A stretch of DNA of 64,000 bases from Phormidesmis sp. (lineage in GTDB: Bacteria; Cyanobacteriota; Cyanobacteriia; Leptolyngbyales; Leptolyngbyaceae). This document shows positions 1 to 9,570 of this stretch, piece by piece (position 1 is the first letter of the stretch; the number at the start of each line of letters is the position of its first letter). A program made the translations under genes and the position numbers. The stretch lies in assembly GCA_965248535.1 (NCBI GenBank), contig CBDFJR010000002.1:1952001-2016000 (forward strand). The letters run 5' to 3'. The notes beneath the pieces were generated by a model. That model was not told where the DNA came from, did not search any database, and saw nothing but the letters and a program-made list of their open reading frames with translations.

Positions 1-1175
1 TTCGCCGTGGCCCGCAGATAGCAAACCTCACCGACGGCCAGCGTGGTATCAAGGGTGTAGCCTTTTTGATCTAAAAGCTGCCAGGTAGTGCGATCGACCT
101 CAATCTTGGTCAAAACGTTGTCATGGCCCTCCCCGCGTCGGGGATCGCCGTTGGTTTCTTCGATTAGCTCGCTGATGGTGGAGGTGCCATCGCCAGTGAC
201 GTGAGCCGGAATCCGCTCGGCAACGGCAACGACTTTGCCATTGATCACGAGAACGCGGTGATCGCGCCCTTCATAAAACCGCTCGACGATCACTGCTTTA
301 GACACTTCTTTGGCTGCGTCGTAGGCGGCCTCTGCCTGTTCCCACTCGTTGATGTTGATGGTGATGCCGCGGCCGTGGTTGCCGTTGAGCGGTTTGACCA
401 CGATCGGGTAGCCGCCCAGATCGGTGATCGCGTCTCTCAACTCGTCTAAGTAATTAATCACGGTGCCGCGAGGAACCGGAATGCCTGAGGCTCGCAAGAT
501 CTGCTTGGTGCCCTCTTTGTCGCAGGCCAGTTCTACGCCTAAAACGCTGGTACGATCGCTCAACGTTGCCTGAAGTTTCTTTTGATGAACGCCATACCCT
601 AGCTGAATCATGGCCCGCGTCCCTAACTCCATCCAGGGAATTCCACGGGCTTCGGCTTCTTTGACCAACGTCTCGGTGCTGGGGCCCAAAGCTGCATCTG
701 CCGCAAAGTCGCGCAGATCTTTCAGATCTTGCTCCAACTCTTCTTCCGAATAGGTTCCGGTAGCAATCACGCTTTCGCAGAGCCGCACAGCAGCCCGAGC
801 CGCATAGCGTCCCGCTTGCTCATTTTCATATTCAATCACCACCTGGTAGGTGCCGGGGGTCGCTGTCTCACGGGTGCGCCCAAACCCAACGGGCATCCCC
901 GCCAATTCTTGAAGCTCCAGCGCCACATGCTCAATGATGTGCCCCATCATGGTGCCTTCCAAAACCCGGCTTAGAAAGCCACCCCGGCAGCCAGGAGAGC
1001 AAAAATGCTCGACTAAACTAGGCAGCGTCGAGACTAAACCCTCATAAAAGCCAGGAATCTCACTGGAGGGCGATTCTGCTAAGTCTTCCAAATCTAGGCG
1101 CATGATCACGAGTTTGTGTCGTCGAATGCTCCAATAATTGGGGCCGCGTAGCGTCTGGATCTTGAGTATTTTCAT
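1..1175 (-). CDS. cphA: Cyanophycin synthetase (N-terminal part, runs off window edge)
   Basis: Manual translation from ATG at 1175: MKILKIQTLRGPNYWSIRRHKLVIMRLDL...HFCSPGCRGGFL...GHIIEHVALELQ...KPLNGNHGRG; lies next to cphB. Missing from the ORF track because it has no stop in the window. Confidence 0.95.
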   Translation of the reverse strand, partial: MKILKIQTLRGPNYWSIRRHKLVIMRLDLEDLAESPSSEIPGFYEGLVSTLPSLVEHFCSPGCRGGFLSRVLEGTMMGHIIEHVALELQELAGMPVGFGRTRETATPGTYQVVIEYENEQAGRYAARAAVRLCESVIATGTYSEEELEQDLKDLRDFAADAALGPSTETLVKEAEARGIPWMELGTRAMIQLGYGVHQKKLQATLSDRTSVLGVELACDKEGTKQILRASGIPVPRGTVINYLDELRDAITDLGGYPIVVKPLNGNHGRGITININEWEQAEAAYDAAKEVSKAVIVERFYEGRDHRVLVINGKVVAVAERIPAHVTGDGTSTISELIEETNGDPRRGEGHDNVLTKIEVDRTTWQLLDQKGYTLDTTLAVGEVCYLRATA

Positions 1176-1613
1176 AAGGCTAGGTTAAGAGATGAAAGGC
1201 TAACTGCAAACGTGCAGCCGATGACAAGCAGCTATCTAAGGAGATCAGGTAAAGAGTCGTCTAAGAGAAGCCATAGCTCAGTTTCGAGGGCCTAAAACTC
1301 TTGAACTGCTCACTGTGAACAGTTCACCCTAAGAGTTATCGCCAAATCATTCGATACGTTAAGCAATGGGATCAGCAAAGGAAGTCACTCAGGCATAGAT
1401 TCAATATTACAAAATGTAAGTGATAAATAATTTGTAATGCAGTCTATTAAAAGTTGTGAATTTGCTCTACGGGAAACTTACCACGACAGGTGCCTGAATT
1501 TAGAGATTAACTTGCAAATTTCTTTGGAAGCGAGGGGCAACGTTAAGAATAAAAAACAAATAAGATAGCCTTATCTAGCGTTCTTAGTTCTTAATCTTAC
1601 CGATCGACCGTTG

Positions 1614-2504
1614 TTATTGCGGAGAACGGGTCGAAAGTCGCTTGTTAAGATCATAGCGGCATCCCTGACTCAAGATATGAACTTTTAAGTTGCAGATGCA
1701 CAGCGGGTCAGCTAGAGCTACGGTAGCGCGATTGGTGTAGGTCATCTCGCCGGGGTCAATGATGGTGACTGTGCCTTTGCCTAAAACTTGGAGAGTGCCA
1801 TCTCCTTCAAACAGGGCGCAGGTGTCTTCGTCAATGCCAATCCCCAACCGATCGGGGTGAGCCGCGATCGCGCTCATCAGGCGAGCCATCCGATTGCGAT
1901 TGTGAAAGTGTTGATCGACAATCACTTCAGGAATAATTCCTAGCCCCAAGGTCATATCGACTAGAGAAGAATTGGGAGATTCACCGCTGCCGCCGCCTGC
2001 AATCATGTGATAACCCATCACCGCAGCCCCGGCACTGGTTCCGGCTAGGGTGACTGAGCCAGACTGAGCGCGGGCCAGCACGATCTCCATAATCGGCGTA
2101 TCTGACAGCAGCGCGCAAAGCCGTAGCTGATCGCCACCCGTCATAAAGATGCCCGTGCAATTGCGGACATATTCCTGCAAGATTGGATCATCGCACTGGA
2201 CGCGATCGCAGATGTTGAGAACCTCGATCGCTTTTGCGCCCATCTCAGTGAAAATTGCGCGATATCGCTCTCCGATCACGTCTGGCTCACGAGATGCACA
2301 AGGAAAAATGGCAATGCGAGCCTCTTCACCGCCAGCCCGCCAAAAAAAGCTGCGGAGGATATCGCGCCCATGCACTTTGTCTTCCGCTCCCCCAATGACC
2401 ATAATGGCGGTATTTGTGGGTTGAGGCATCTTTGATTTCAGGGATTGCAAGGCTAACTCTATCATGGGTGTCTCTGGGACGTGAAACACATCAATGGAGG
2501 ACAA
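1614..2504 (-). CDS. cphB: Cyanophycinase (true start probably a downstream ATG)
   Basis: IGGAEDK, TGGDQ, GTSAGA (catalytic Ser), DQHF and GIDEDT motifs; upstream of cphA. Confidence 0.95.
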   Translation of the reverse strand: MSSIDVFHVPETPMIELALQSLKSKMPQPTNTAIMVIGGAEDKVHGRDILRSFFWRAGGEEARIAIFPCASREPDVIGERYRAIFTEMGAKAIEVLNICDRVQCDDPILQEYVRNCTGIFMTGGDQLRLCALLSDTPIMEIVLARAQSGSVTLAGTSAGAAVMGYHMIAGGGSGESPNSSLVDMTLGLGIIPEVIVDQHFHNRNRMARLMSAIAAHPDRLGIGIDEDTCALFEGDGTLQVLGKGTVTIIDPGEMTYTNRATVALADPLCICNLKVHILSQGCRYDLNKRLSTRSPQ

Positions 2505-2691
2505 TCGAAAGGCTGGTTTTGATCCAATCTCATCGGCTGGACAAGCCAGCTAAAGGCATAACATTAAACTTTTGTTAATACGAATCATGCCAGATTATTA
2601 ACCATAAGTTAAGTAATTAAAAGACTTTTGTGTGTAAACTCCTGCCGATCGCTTGACCTGGCAATTTCCTTTATCCCCATTGCCTTCCTTT

Positions 2692-3402
2692 ATGCGCTTT
2701 GACATCGTAACCTTATTTCCCGACTTCTTCGCCTCCCCCCTCAGTTCAGGGTTGCTCGGAAAAGCCCTCGCTAAAGAAATCGCGACCGTCCATTTGATCA
2801 ACCCCCGTGAGTTTGCCCTCGACAAGCACCGCCGAGTCGATGACGAGCCTTATGGGGGCGGGGTGGGCATGTTGATTAAGCCAGAACCCGTTTTTGCTGC
2901 CGTCGAATCATTGCCGATATTGCCCCGACGGCAGGTGATTTTTATGACCCCCCAAGGCACCCCGATGACTCAACCGCTACTGAAAGAACTGGTTGTTGAT
3001 TATGATCAACTTGTCATCCTTTGTGGACATTATGAAGGCATTGATGAACGGGTGCTCAACTTGGTCGATCGCGAGATCTCTCTGGGCGATTTTGTGCTCA
3101 CCTGTGGAGAAATCCCAGCACTGGCCTTATTAAATGGCACGGTTAGGCTGCTGCCCGGCACGATCGGCAAAGAAGAGTCTCTAAAAACTGAAAGCTTTGA
3201 GGCCGGCTTGCTCGATTACCCTCAATACACCCGGCCGTTTGTGTTTAGGGAATGGGAAGTGCCAAACGTGTTGAGATCAGGGAACCATGCAGAAATCGAT
3301 CGCTGGCGCAAAGAGCAGCAGATCGAGCGAACCCGGATTCGTCGCCCCGATCTCTATCAGCAGTGGTTGGAAAAAGAAAATCAGGGAGCAGATGTCAGCT
3401 AA
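2692..3402 (+). CDS. trmD: tRNA (guanine37-N1)-methyltransferase
   Basis: MRFDIVTLFP, VDDEPYGGGVGM, CGHYEGIDER, SLGDFVL, LLDYPQYTRP, SGNH. Confidence 0.97.
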   Translation: MRFDIVTLFPDFFASPLSSGLLGKALAKEIATVHLINPREFALDKHRRVDDEPYGGGVGMLIKPEPVFAAVESLPILPRRQVIFMTPQGTPMTQPLLKELVVDYDQLVILCGHYEGIDERVLNLVDREISLGDFVLTCGEIPALALLNGTVRLLPGTIGKEESLKTESFEAGLLDYPQYTRPFVFREWEVPNVLRSGNHAEIDRWRKEQQIERTRIRRPDLYQQWLEKENQGADVS

Positions 3403-3422
3403 AGCGCCGTTGAGTCAACAAG

Positions 3423-4391
3423 ATGAATGCTATGAGAAGAGATTTCAAGCTTTTTTGCACCACCGTTGCCAGCTATGGTTTGCTGAGTTCCCTCAGTTTG
3501 CCGATCGTCTCGCTGCAAGGCAACGCCTTAGACTTCACAAACGCCGCCTACGCGAAAAGCAGTGGCGGACGCAGCAGTGGTGGCTCATTTCGCAGTTCGC
3601 CGTCTCGATCGAGCGGGTCGTCTAGCAACCCCAACAACTCTGGCGGCTATAGTGGCGGCGGCTATGTGCCCTACGGAGGTTCGTCTTATGGTTATGGATA
3701 TGGCGCGAACCCGATCGGCGGATTGGGTCTGCTGTTGGTGATGCTGCTGTTAGTAGGGGGCGGTGGATTTCTGATCTGGATGCTGATTTCTGCTAGAAAA
3801 GGTCTCGGCCCTAAGTCAGAACTAGAGAACGATAAAGTAACGGTCAGCAAACTCCAAGTGGCCCTATTGGCCGAAGGTCGCGCTCTTCAGCCGCAGCTAT
3901 CCGAAATTGTCCAGAACGCCGACACTGAGACATCCGAGGGGCTTCAGAGAGAACTCCAAGAAGTAGTTTTAGCGCTGTTGAGAATGCCAGAAAACTGGAG
4001 TCATGTGTCCGCCAGTTCGCAAACGGTCAAAACTCGCGAAGAGGCGGAGACATTATTTAATCAAGCCTCGATCGCCGAGCGCAGCAACTTCAGTGTTGAA
4101 ACCTTGACCAATGTCGGGGGCAAAGTCACCACCAAGACCTTTACGCCTGATCTGGACGAAGATCCTGCGTCTTATATTGTGGTGACGCTAATTGTCGGAA
4201 CGGCAGATGACAAGCCATTATTTAAAGATGTCCGCACCACGCAGGCCCTCAAAGAGACTCTAGAGAAGCTTGCGTCGATCAACGCCGACTATTTAATGGT
4301 GTTTGAATTGCTCTGGAGTCCCCAAGATGAGACCGATCGTCTCACCTATGACGAGTTGCTCACTGAATATTCAACCATGATGCAAATCTAA
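3423..4391 (+). CDS. DUF1517 family protein
   Basis: SGGRSSGGSF Gly/Ser-rich segment, one TM helix, VSKLQVALL, ELLWSPQ...LTYDELL. Confidence 0.85.
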   Translation: MNAMRRDFKLFCTTVASYGLLSSLSLPIVSLQGNALDFTNAAYAKSSGGRSSGGSFRSSPSRSSGSSSNPNNSGGYSGGGYVPYGGSSYGYGYGANPIGGLGLLLVMLLLVGGGGFLIWMLISARKGLGPKSELENDKVTVSKLQVALLAEGRALQPQLSEIVQNADTETSEGLQRELQEVVLALLRMPENWSHVSASSQTVKTREEAETLFNQASIAERSNFSVETLTNVGGKVTTKTFTPDLDEDPASYIVVTLIVGTADDKPLFKDVRTTQALKETLEKLASINADYLMVFELLWSPQDETDRLTYDELLTEYSTMMQI

Positions 4392-4405
4392 GCAAACTCA
4401 GAAGT

Positions 4406-4762
4406 CTATTCTGCCAGAGCAGAACCGTCGGGTTTGACTTGAGGCAAACCGAGGCTGTAGTTGAGCACGCGGCTGTTGAGGTTGTAGGAAATTTCGCCTT
4501 TGTTGAGCAACGATCGCACCAAATGCTCTAAGTCTGACCCAATGCGACGCAGATTATAATCGGTCAAATCAGCCCCGCTAGACGACTCGACTAACTCATC
4601 AAATTTGCGATAGATTTTTTGCAGGGCATCATCGTTCCAGTTCAATTCATTATCTGGGTCAACGTCTAGCGTCAAGACGTTTTCACTCGGAACAAGCTCA
4701 TTCTTTTCAACTTCAGCCGTAAAAATACGAATGTGGCGGGTGGTGGACTTCACTAAGGTCAT
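4406..4762 (-). CDS. ndhM: NDH-1 subunit M
   Basis: KSTTRHIRIFTAEV...LDVDPDNE...YNLRRIGSDLEH...YNLNSRVLNYSLGLP. Confidence 0.95.
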   Translation of the reverse strand: MTLVKSTTRHIRIFTAEVEKNELVPSENVLTLDVDPDNELNWNDDALQKIYRKFDELVESSSGADLTDYNLRRIGSDLEHLVRSLLNKGEISYNLNSRVLNYSLGLPQVKPDGSALAE

Positions 4763-4927
4763 AAAATTACTCGGCTGAACTGGGTATACAAAACTTGCTA
4801 CTGCAATTGTAATCGGACTTTAGCCCCAAACACTCTCAACCATTGGCGACATTCCAATAGAAGTTTTCAATGCTAGAACTTGAACAATACCAATGTCTAG
4901 CCCCCATTCCACTCGTTTGGTTTTACG

Positions 4928-5671
4928 ATGTCTAAAGTGCTCAAACTCCTGTTCATTCGTCACGCTCAATCGACTGGCAACCAGCAAAAACGGATGCAAG
5001 GACACGGAGATTTTGAGCTTTCTAGCACGGGCAAAATGCAGGCAGAGAAACTCGCGCACTATCTTTTGGCAGAATCCTGGCATCCGTCTCACGTCTATAG
5101 CAGCCCGCTTAAACGTGCGGCTCAAACCACAGAAATCTTGTTATCGTCCTTTCAATTAGCGCCGCTGCCTGCCACGGTGAGTGATTTGATCGATCCATCG
5201 GCCGAGTCTTCATCCACTGAGCTAGAGGCGAAGGATGCCGCGATCGCTATCCACTATGCTAACGAACTCAAAGAATTTCAAAACGGAATTCTCAAAGGGT
5301 TAACCTGGGCTGAGGCGCGCAGTCGCTATCCTGACCTGTGCCGCCGTCTAGAAGCCTCCCCCGACTGGATTCAGATTCCCGAAGCTGAGTCACTGCACGA
5401 TGCCCGCACTCGCGCCCGTCAATTTATCACGCAGTTGATTGAGCGCCACACCGACGGCGATCGGGTGTGGATTGTCAGCCATAGCTGGATCTTGCAGCAT
5501 CTCATCGCTGAATTGTTAGGCAGCGATCGCTCTTGGCGAGTCAGAGCCAGCAACACCGCCCTGTTTGAGTTTTGGATCGACCGATCGCGCTGGCACCAAA
5601 CCAGTCAAAACCGCTTTAACACTGACCTTTGGCAGATTCGTCGCTTCAACGATTCTCGTCACCTTAACTAG
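4928..5671 (+). CDS. Histidine phosphatase (phosphoglycerate mutase family)
   Basis: LLFIRHAQS, YSSPLKRA, VSH motifs. Confidence 0.9.
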   Translation: MSKVLKLLFIRHAQSTGNQQKRMQGHGDFELSSTGKMQAEKLAHYLLAESWHPSHVYSSPLKRAAQTTEILLSSFQLAPLPATVSDLIDPSAESSSTELEAKDAAIAIHYANELKEFQNGILKGLTWAEARSRYPDLCRRLEASPDWIQIPEAESLHDARTRARQFITQLIERHTDGDRVWIVSHSWILQHLIAELLGSDRSWRVRASNTALFEFWIDRSRWHQTSQNRFNTDLWQIRRFNDSRHLN

Positions 5672-5775
5672 GCAGACATCTACGAAGAAATTGATGATTC
5701 ATCTACCCATCTACAGATCTCCTGTTATCATGACTTCTTAATCAAGCCGATCGGGGTTCATTCCACACCAAACTG

Positions 5776-6615
5776 ATGAGCATGACAGTGGATTCGGTTA
5801 ACGATATCTTTCGACAGGCCCACCAGGGAAGCGTCGCAGCCATTATTCAAGTGCTGAACGACAAGCTTGCAGATTCTGGTGTCAGAACACGCGCTATCTT
5901 TGCCAACGGCATTTTGCAACTGCTTTGTGAGGCTCCGACCGAGGCGCAACTCGATCAAACGCTGCTGACCGATCGGGTGCGAAAAATCTTAGAAGCGATC
6001 GAGCCTCGCAGCGTGCGCCGGGTTAACATCAACAGCCGCATTGTCCGCGAACAGCAATTATTGTGGCTCGAAGAAATCAGCCGTGACCCCGATGGGCAGG
6101 TGCTTTGGTCAAAAGAAATCACGCTAGCGCGCAAAAATCCTCTCAAGCGATTTCTAACCGATTGGCGAACCGACCGCCTTGAAAGCCTCGATCGCCCCCG
6201 ATCGATCTCTCCTCACTTGATCCGTGAAAAACGCCAATTCACTAAAGGCATCGTCGGCGGATTGGGGTTAAGCGCCGGATTGCTATTAGCAGGTTGGGGA
6301 GTCTACACCTGGCAAACCGGACGATCGCTCCTAGTTCCAGCATCTCAGCCCAAAGATGCAGCCAGAGAATCGGAAAGCGTGATCAAGCCCGAACCGGACA
6401 ATTTTGCAACGGCAGTTCGCTTGGCAGAGCGGGCCTCCGAAATCGGCAAAACAGCGCAAACCCCCGACCAGTGGCGCAACTTAGCCGATACTTGGGGCAA
6501 AGCCTCAATATTAATGGGAACGGTTCCGGCTAGCGACAAGCGCTATGCGATCGCCCTCGATCGCACAGCCCTCTACCGCAGATACGAAGAGTCGGCCCTG
6601 CAAAAAGTGAAATAA
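5776..6615 (+). CDS. Hypothetical membrane-anchored protein
   Basis: 279-aa ORF with one central hydrophobic helix (IVGGLGLSAGLLLAGWGVY). Confidence 0.7.
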   Translation: MSMTVDSVNDIFRQAHQGSVAAIIQVLNDKLADSGVRTRAIFANGILQLLCEAPTEAQLDQTLLTDRVRKILEAIEPRSVRRVNINSRIVREQQLLWLEEISRDPDGQVLWSKEITLARKNPLKRFLTDWRTDRLESLDRPRSISPHLIREKRQFTKGIVGGLGLSAGLLLAGWGVYTWQTGRSLLVPASQPKDAARESESVIKPEPDNFATAVRLAERASEIGKTAQTPDQWRNLADTWGKASILMGTVPASDKRYAIALDRTALYRRYEESALQKVK

Positions 6616-6675
6616 CGGCTACGGCCCTTCAGGACAAACGCATCTTAAACCCAACTTTGACCTTCGGGTCTAACG

Positions 6676-6762
6676 AGCTAACGTTCCGGTTGAGTAGGTG
6701 CGAACATCCTCTGCATCCACACCAAAACATTGAGGCGGTCTGCTCCGACCAGATTGTTGGCT
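6676..6762 (-). repeat. attC-like integron recombination site
   Basis: Minus strand reads AGCCAAC-AATCT-GGTCGGAG...CTCAACC-GGAAC-GTTAGCT: R''/L''/L'/R' imperfect inverted repeat with one extra base in L''; begins 5 nt past the stop of the 6767-7180 ORF. Confidence 0.7.
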
Positions 6763-6766
6763 TGTG

Positions 6767-7180
6767 CTATCCATCGAACCATTTTCCATCTACGAACCAA
6801 TCTCCAATCGCCTCGCGATATGTCAATAGCCCTTTGAAACTTGTTAACACCTCAAGAGTTATGAAGTATTCGTCTAGATAGTCACACTCATAATCTGTCT
6901 CAAGACTCCATACTTCGACCCGGCGACAACAAGTTGCAGCTTCCTGCATTCGCAGATCGTTCGGGCTATCCCTTGCACCCTCTTGGTGCTCCTCTAACAC
7001 AGATGGCTCGTCCGCCAAACCAACTTCAAAATCCCAATCTCCCCAACAAACAGTGAATACCTTTTCACGGTAGTCCTTGATGGTAACGCTGGTCAGTGCC
7101 CCCAATTTTTTAGCGGCTGATTCCATCGAAAAATCGCTGTCATCTTTGATAAAGATAAACGTGTTGTAAGCGTTTGACAA
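6767..7180 (-). CDS. Hypothetical acidic protein, probable integron gene cassette
   Basis: ORF-track ORF 6767-7198; GGAGG RBS precedes TTG at 7180; followed immediately by the attC-like site. Confidence 0.7.
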   Translation of the reverse strand: MSNAYNTFIFIKDDSDFSMESAAKKLGALTSVTIKDYREKVFTVCWGDWDFEVGLADEPSVLEEHQEGARDSPNDLRMQEAATCCRRVEVWSLETDYECDYLDEYFITLEVLTSFKGLLTYREAIGDWFVDGKWFDG

Positions 7181-7379
7181 AGTTGCCTCCAATAGCACAA
7201 GACGTGGCTAAATCGAATGTAGGAAGATTAACCGTAATGACACAACCGCGATGGTACTAGTACTTCAGTCATTCCAACCTCATGCGAAGCTGGAGCGGCT
7301 TACTCCGAAAATGTACAAATGGAGCACCAGCTTTGATTGCTGCACTCAATTCTTGATGAAGTCATCTTGCTGCAACTCG

Positions 7380-9074
7380 CTAATCAATGCTTCGCCCTCG
7401 CACCGTTGGCACTCGTTTAGGAATAGCGATCGGGGCTTGCTCGATCGTCCGCTCTTGCACACGATGAGTCTGAAAGTGCTTCCGCCACTCTTCGGGCGCA
7501 TTCAGCGTTTCGCCCCCGTGCTTGGTGAGCCGTTGCCGCACTTTGCACAAAACCGGAGTGTTGACACACGCCCCAGATATAATCACCTGTCCTTTAGTCA
7601 GTGCAGGTAATTCTTTCAGCAAATCTCGACCTGCTGCCTCGACTCCATGCTTCAGGCTCTCCTGATCCACCGGATTCACAATCCGCATGATGAACTGACT
7701 CATACACTGCGACAGCACATCTGAGTCAATCTTGCCCGGACGCTGGGTAATCAGCCCGATGCCCACCCCAAATTTTCGACCCTCACTGAGAATAGTTCTC
7801 AGCACGGCTTTACAGCGAGACGGCTCGTGGGCTGGGGCAAAGCGATGCGCTTCCTCAATTAAAATGAACACGGGGTAGGGCAGATAATTTTCGTCGCTGC
7901 TTTCCGTCAGCCCGCGATGGGTGTTCATGCGCGCTTGGTTAGATTGTCGCAGCACCGCCGCACAGATCACCTGCTGCTCATCTTGACTAATCTCATTCAT
8001 TTGCAGCACCGTGACTTGCCCCGGCTCAAACAAATCTTTGGGGCTAACCGTGTGCTCAAAGGTGTGAAAATAGTCCGATCGCTCCAGTCGCTCTAGCTTC
8101 CACTCCAAGGCAGGAGCCGACGATCCCTGTTTGAGATTGCCTTCGTCGTCTTCCTGCACGTCTGCCTCCCGCACCGCCGCAATCAAATCTTGAATGCCCC
8201 AGCGATAGTCGCCTTTTTTATGCTTTTGCAGCAGTCTGTAGGCTTTGTTGAGAATCGACTGCTGGCGATCGCTCATCTCTGGCAGCAGCGTCAAAATATC
8301 TGAATAATCCAGCGAAGACACCCGAATCCGAATATCTTCTGGCTTCAACACCTTCACCTTGGGCGAATAACCATCAGGGTCTTGAAACGCAGGATGACCG
8401 CGCATTTCGGTTAGGGTGCCATATTCCCCGTGAGGGTCGAGAATCAGCACCGCCGCCCGATTGTGGGGCAACAGCAACTCTTCGACCAAAACGCCCGCCG
8501 TGTAGGATTTTCCCGATCCCGTCCCGGCCAAAATGGCCATGTGGGTGCTGACTAATTCTTTGACATCGAGCGCGATCGGCACGGCACCCGCTTCTCTCAG
8601 CAGCAGCGACCCGATGTGAGCCGACCCCATCTCTTGGGGCTGTTTGCGGTTGAGAATCAGCCTCAACATCCCATCGTCTGCCAGACAGACCTTCGCGCCA
8701 GGATTGGGACTCTTGCGGGGATTCATAAACCCCAACGATCGGTCAAAATAACCAATCACATCCACGCTAACTTCATAAATCTCAGGATTGTCATAGGTGA
8801 AACCCACCAGAGCCGCGATCGCTTCGGGGCTAATCTCCGTATCGGCAAAGATACGATCTGGCAAATGATCAATCAGCCGCCGCGCCGAAATTTTGCCTAA
8901 AATCTTAAACGCACTCTCGCCTTCTTGGACTTCGTAATAGACATATTCGCCAATCTTGACCGAGCGATTGTCAGACGTGATAAACACATACTGATTGCCG
9001 TTTTCGCCTGGGCCTTTGACCGTGCCAATCACCTTGGGAGGCATAGACGTTTGATTTAGGATCATGCTTGCCAA
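7380..9074 (-). CDS. HerA/FtsK-like ATPase (HAS barrel plus DUF87-type domain)
   Basis: HMAILAGTGSGKS, ILDPHGEY, ILIEEAHRF, SEGRKFGVG, TQRP motifs. Confidence 0.9.
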   Translation of the reverse strand: MASMILNQTSMPPKVIGTVKGPGENGNQYVFITSDNRSVKIGEYVYYEVQEGESAFKILGKISARRLIDHLPDRIFADTEISPEAIAALVGFTYDNPEIYEVSVDVIGYFDRSLGFMNPRKSPNPGAKVCLADDGMLRLILNRKQPQEMGSAHIGSLLLREAGAVPIALDVKELVSTHMAILAGTGSGKSYTAGVLVEELLLPHNRAAVLILDPHGEYGTLTEMRGHPAFQDPDGYSPKVKVLKPEDIRIRVSSLDYSDILTLLPEMSDRQQSILNKAYRLLQKHKKGDYRWGIQDLIAAVREADVQEDDEGNLKQGSSAPALEWKLERLERSDYFHTFEHTVSPKDLFEPGQVTVLQMNEISQDEQQVICAAVLRQSNQARMNTHRGLTESSDENYLPYPVFILIEEAHRFAPAHEPSRCKAVLRTILSEGRKFGVGIGLITQRPGKIDSDVLSQCMSQFIMRIVNPVDQESLKHGVEAAGRDLLKELPALTKGQVIISGACVNTPVLCKVRQRLTKHGGETLNAPEEWRKHFQTHRVQERTIEQAPIAIPKRVPTVRGRSID

Positions 9075-9570
9075 TCAACCGCTTTAGATTAAGGGTATGC
9101 GATCGTTTCATTGTCCGTTCAAGTGTACTATGTCAACTTCAAAAAGAGAGAAGAGTTTTAGGTTCAGCGTTAAACGGGTTTCCCATGAGGACTGCTTGGC
9201 TCCCTCAGTGCAACTCTAGAGGTTTTGAGACTGCCCCAAACAGATCGTAGGGAAATTACGGATACTGGATAATTCTTAGCACGTTAACCTGATAGCTGAC
9301 GATGCCAGTCAAATCGGTAGCTGGCAAAAACAAACCCCACTCGCACCCTAAAACAGCGCTAGCCTGCCGCCGAGTTATTTAGGTGAGGTCACTCTCCCAG
9401 TTAAGCAACTGCGAGCACGATCGCAGAATGCAACCAAAAGGTTTACATGGCTCCCCAGAGCCACAAAAAGTAGTCGGGCTGATCAACTCTGCCAACCCAG
9501 AGAAGAGCGCCTTGTCATCGCATCCGAGTGCAGATCTTCACTCTCCAACCGTCCAGGTGAAAGTGCTTTC

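Noticed and set aside
2590..2625. Pho-box-like TTAA repeats upstream of cphB
   Set aside because: Only two units at 11-bp spacing in an AT-rich stretch; too weak
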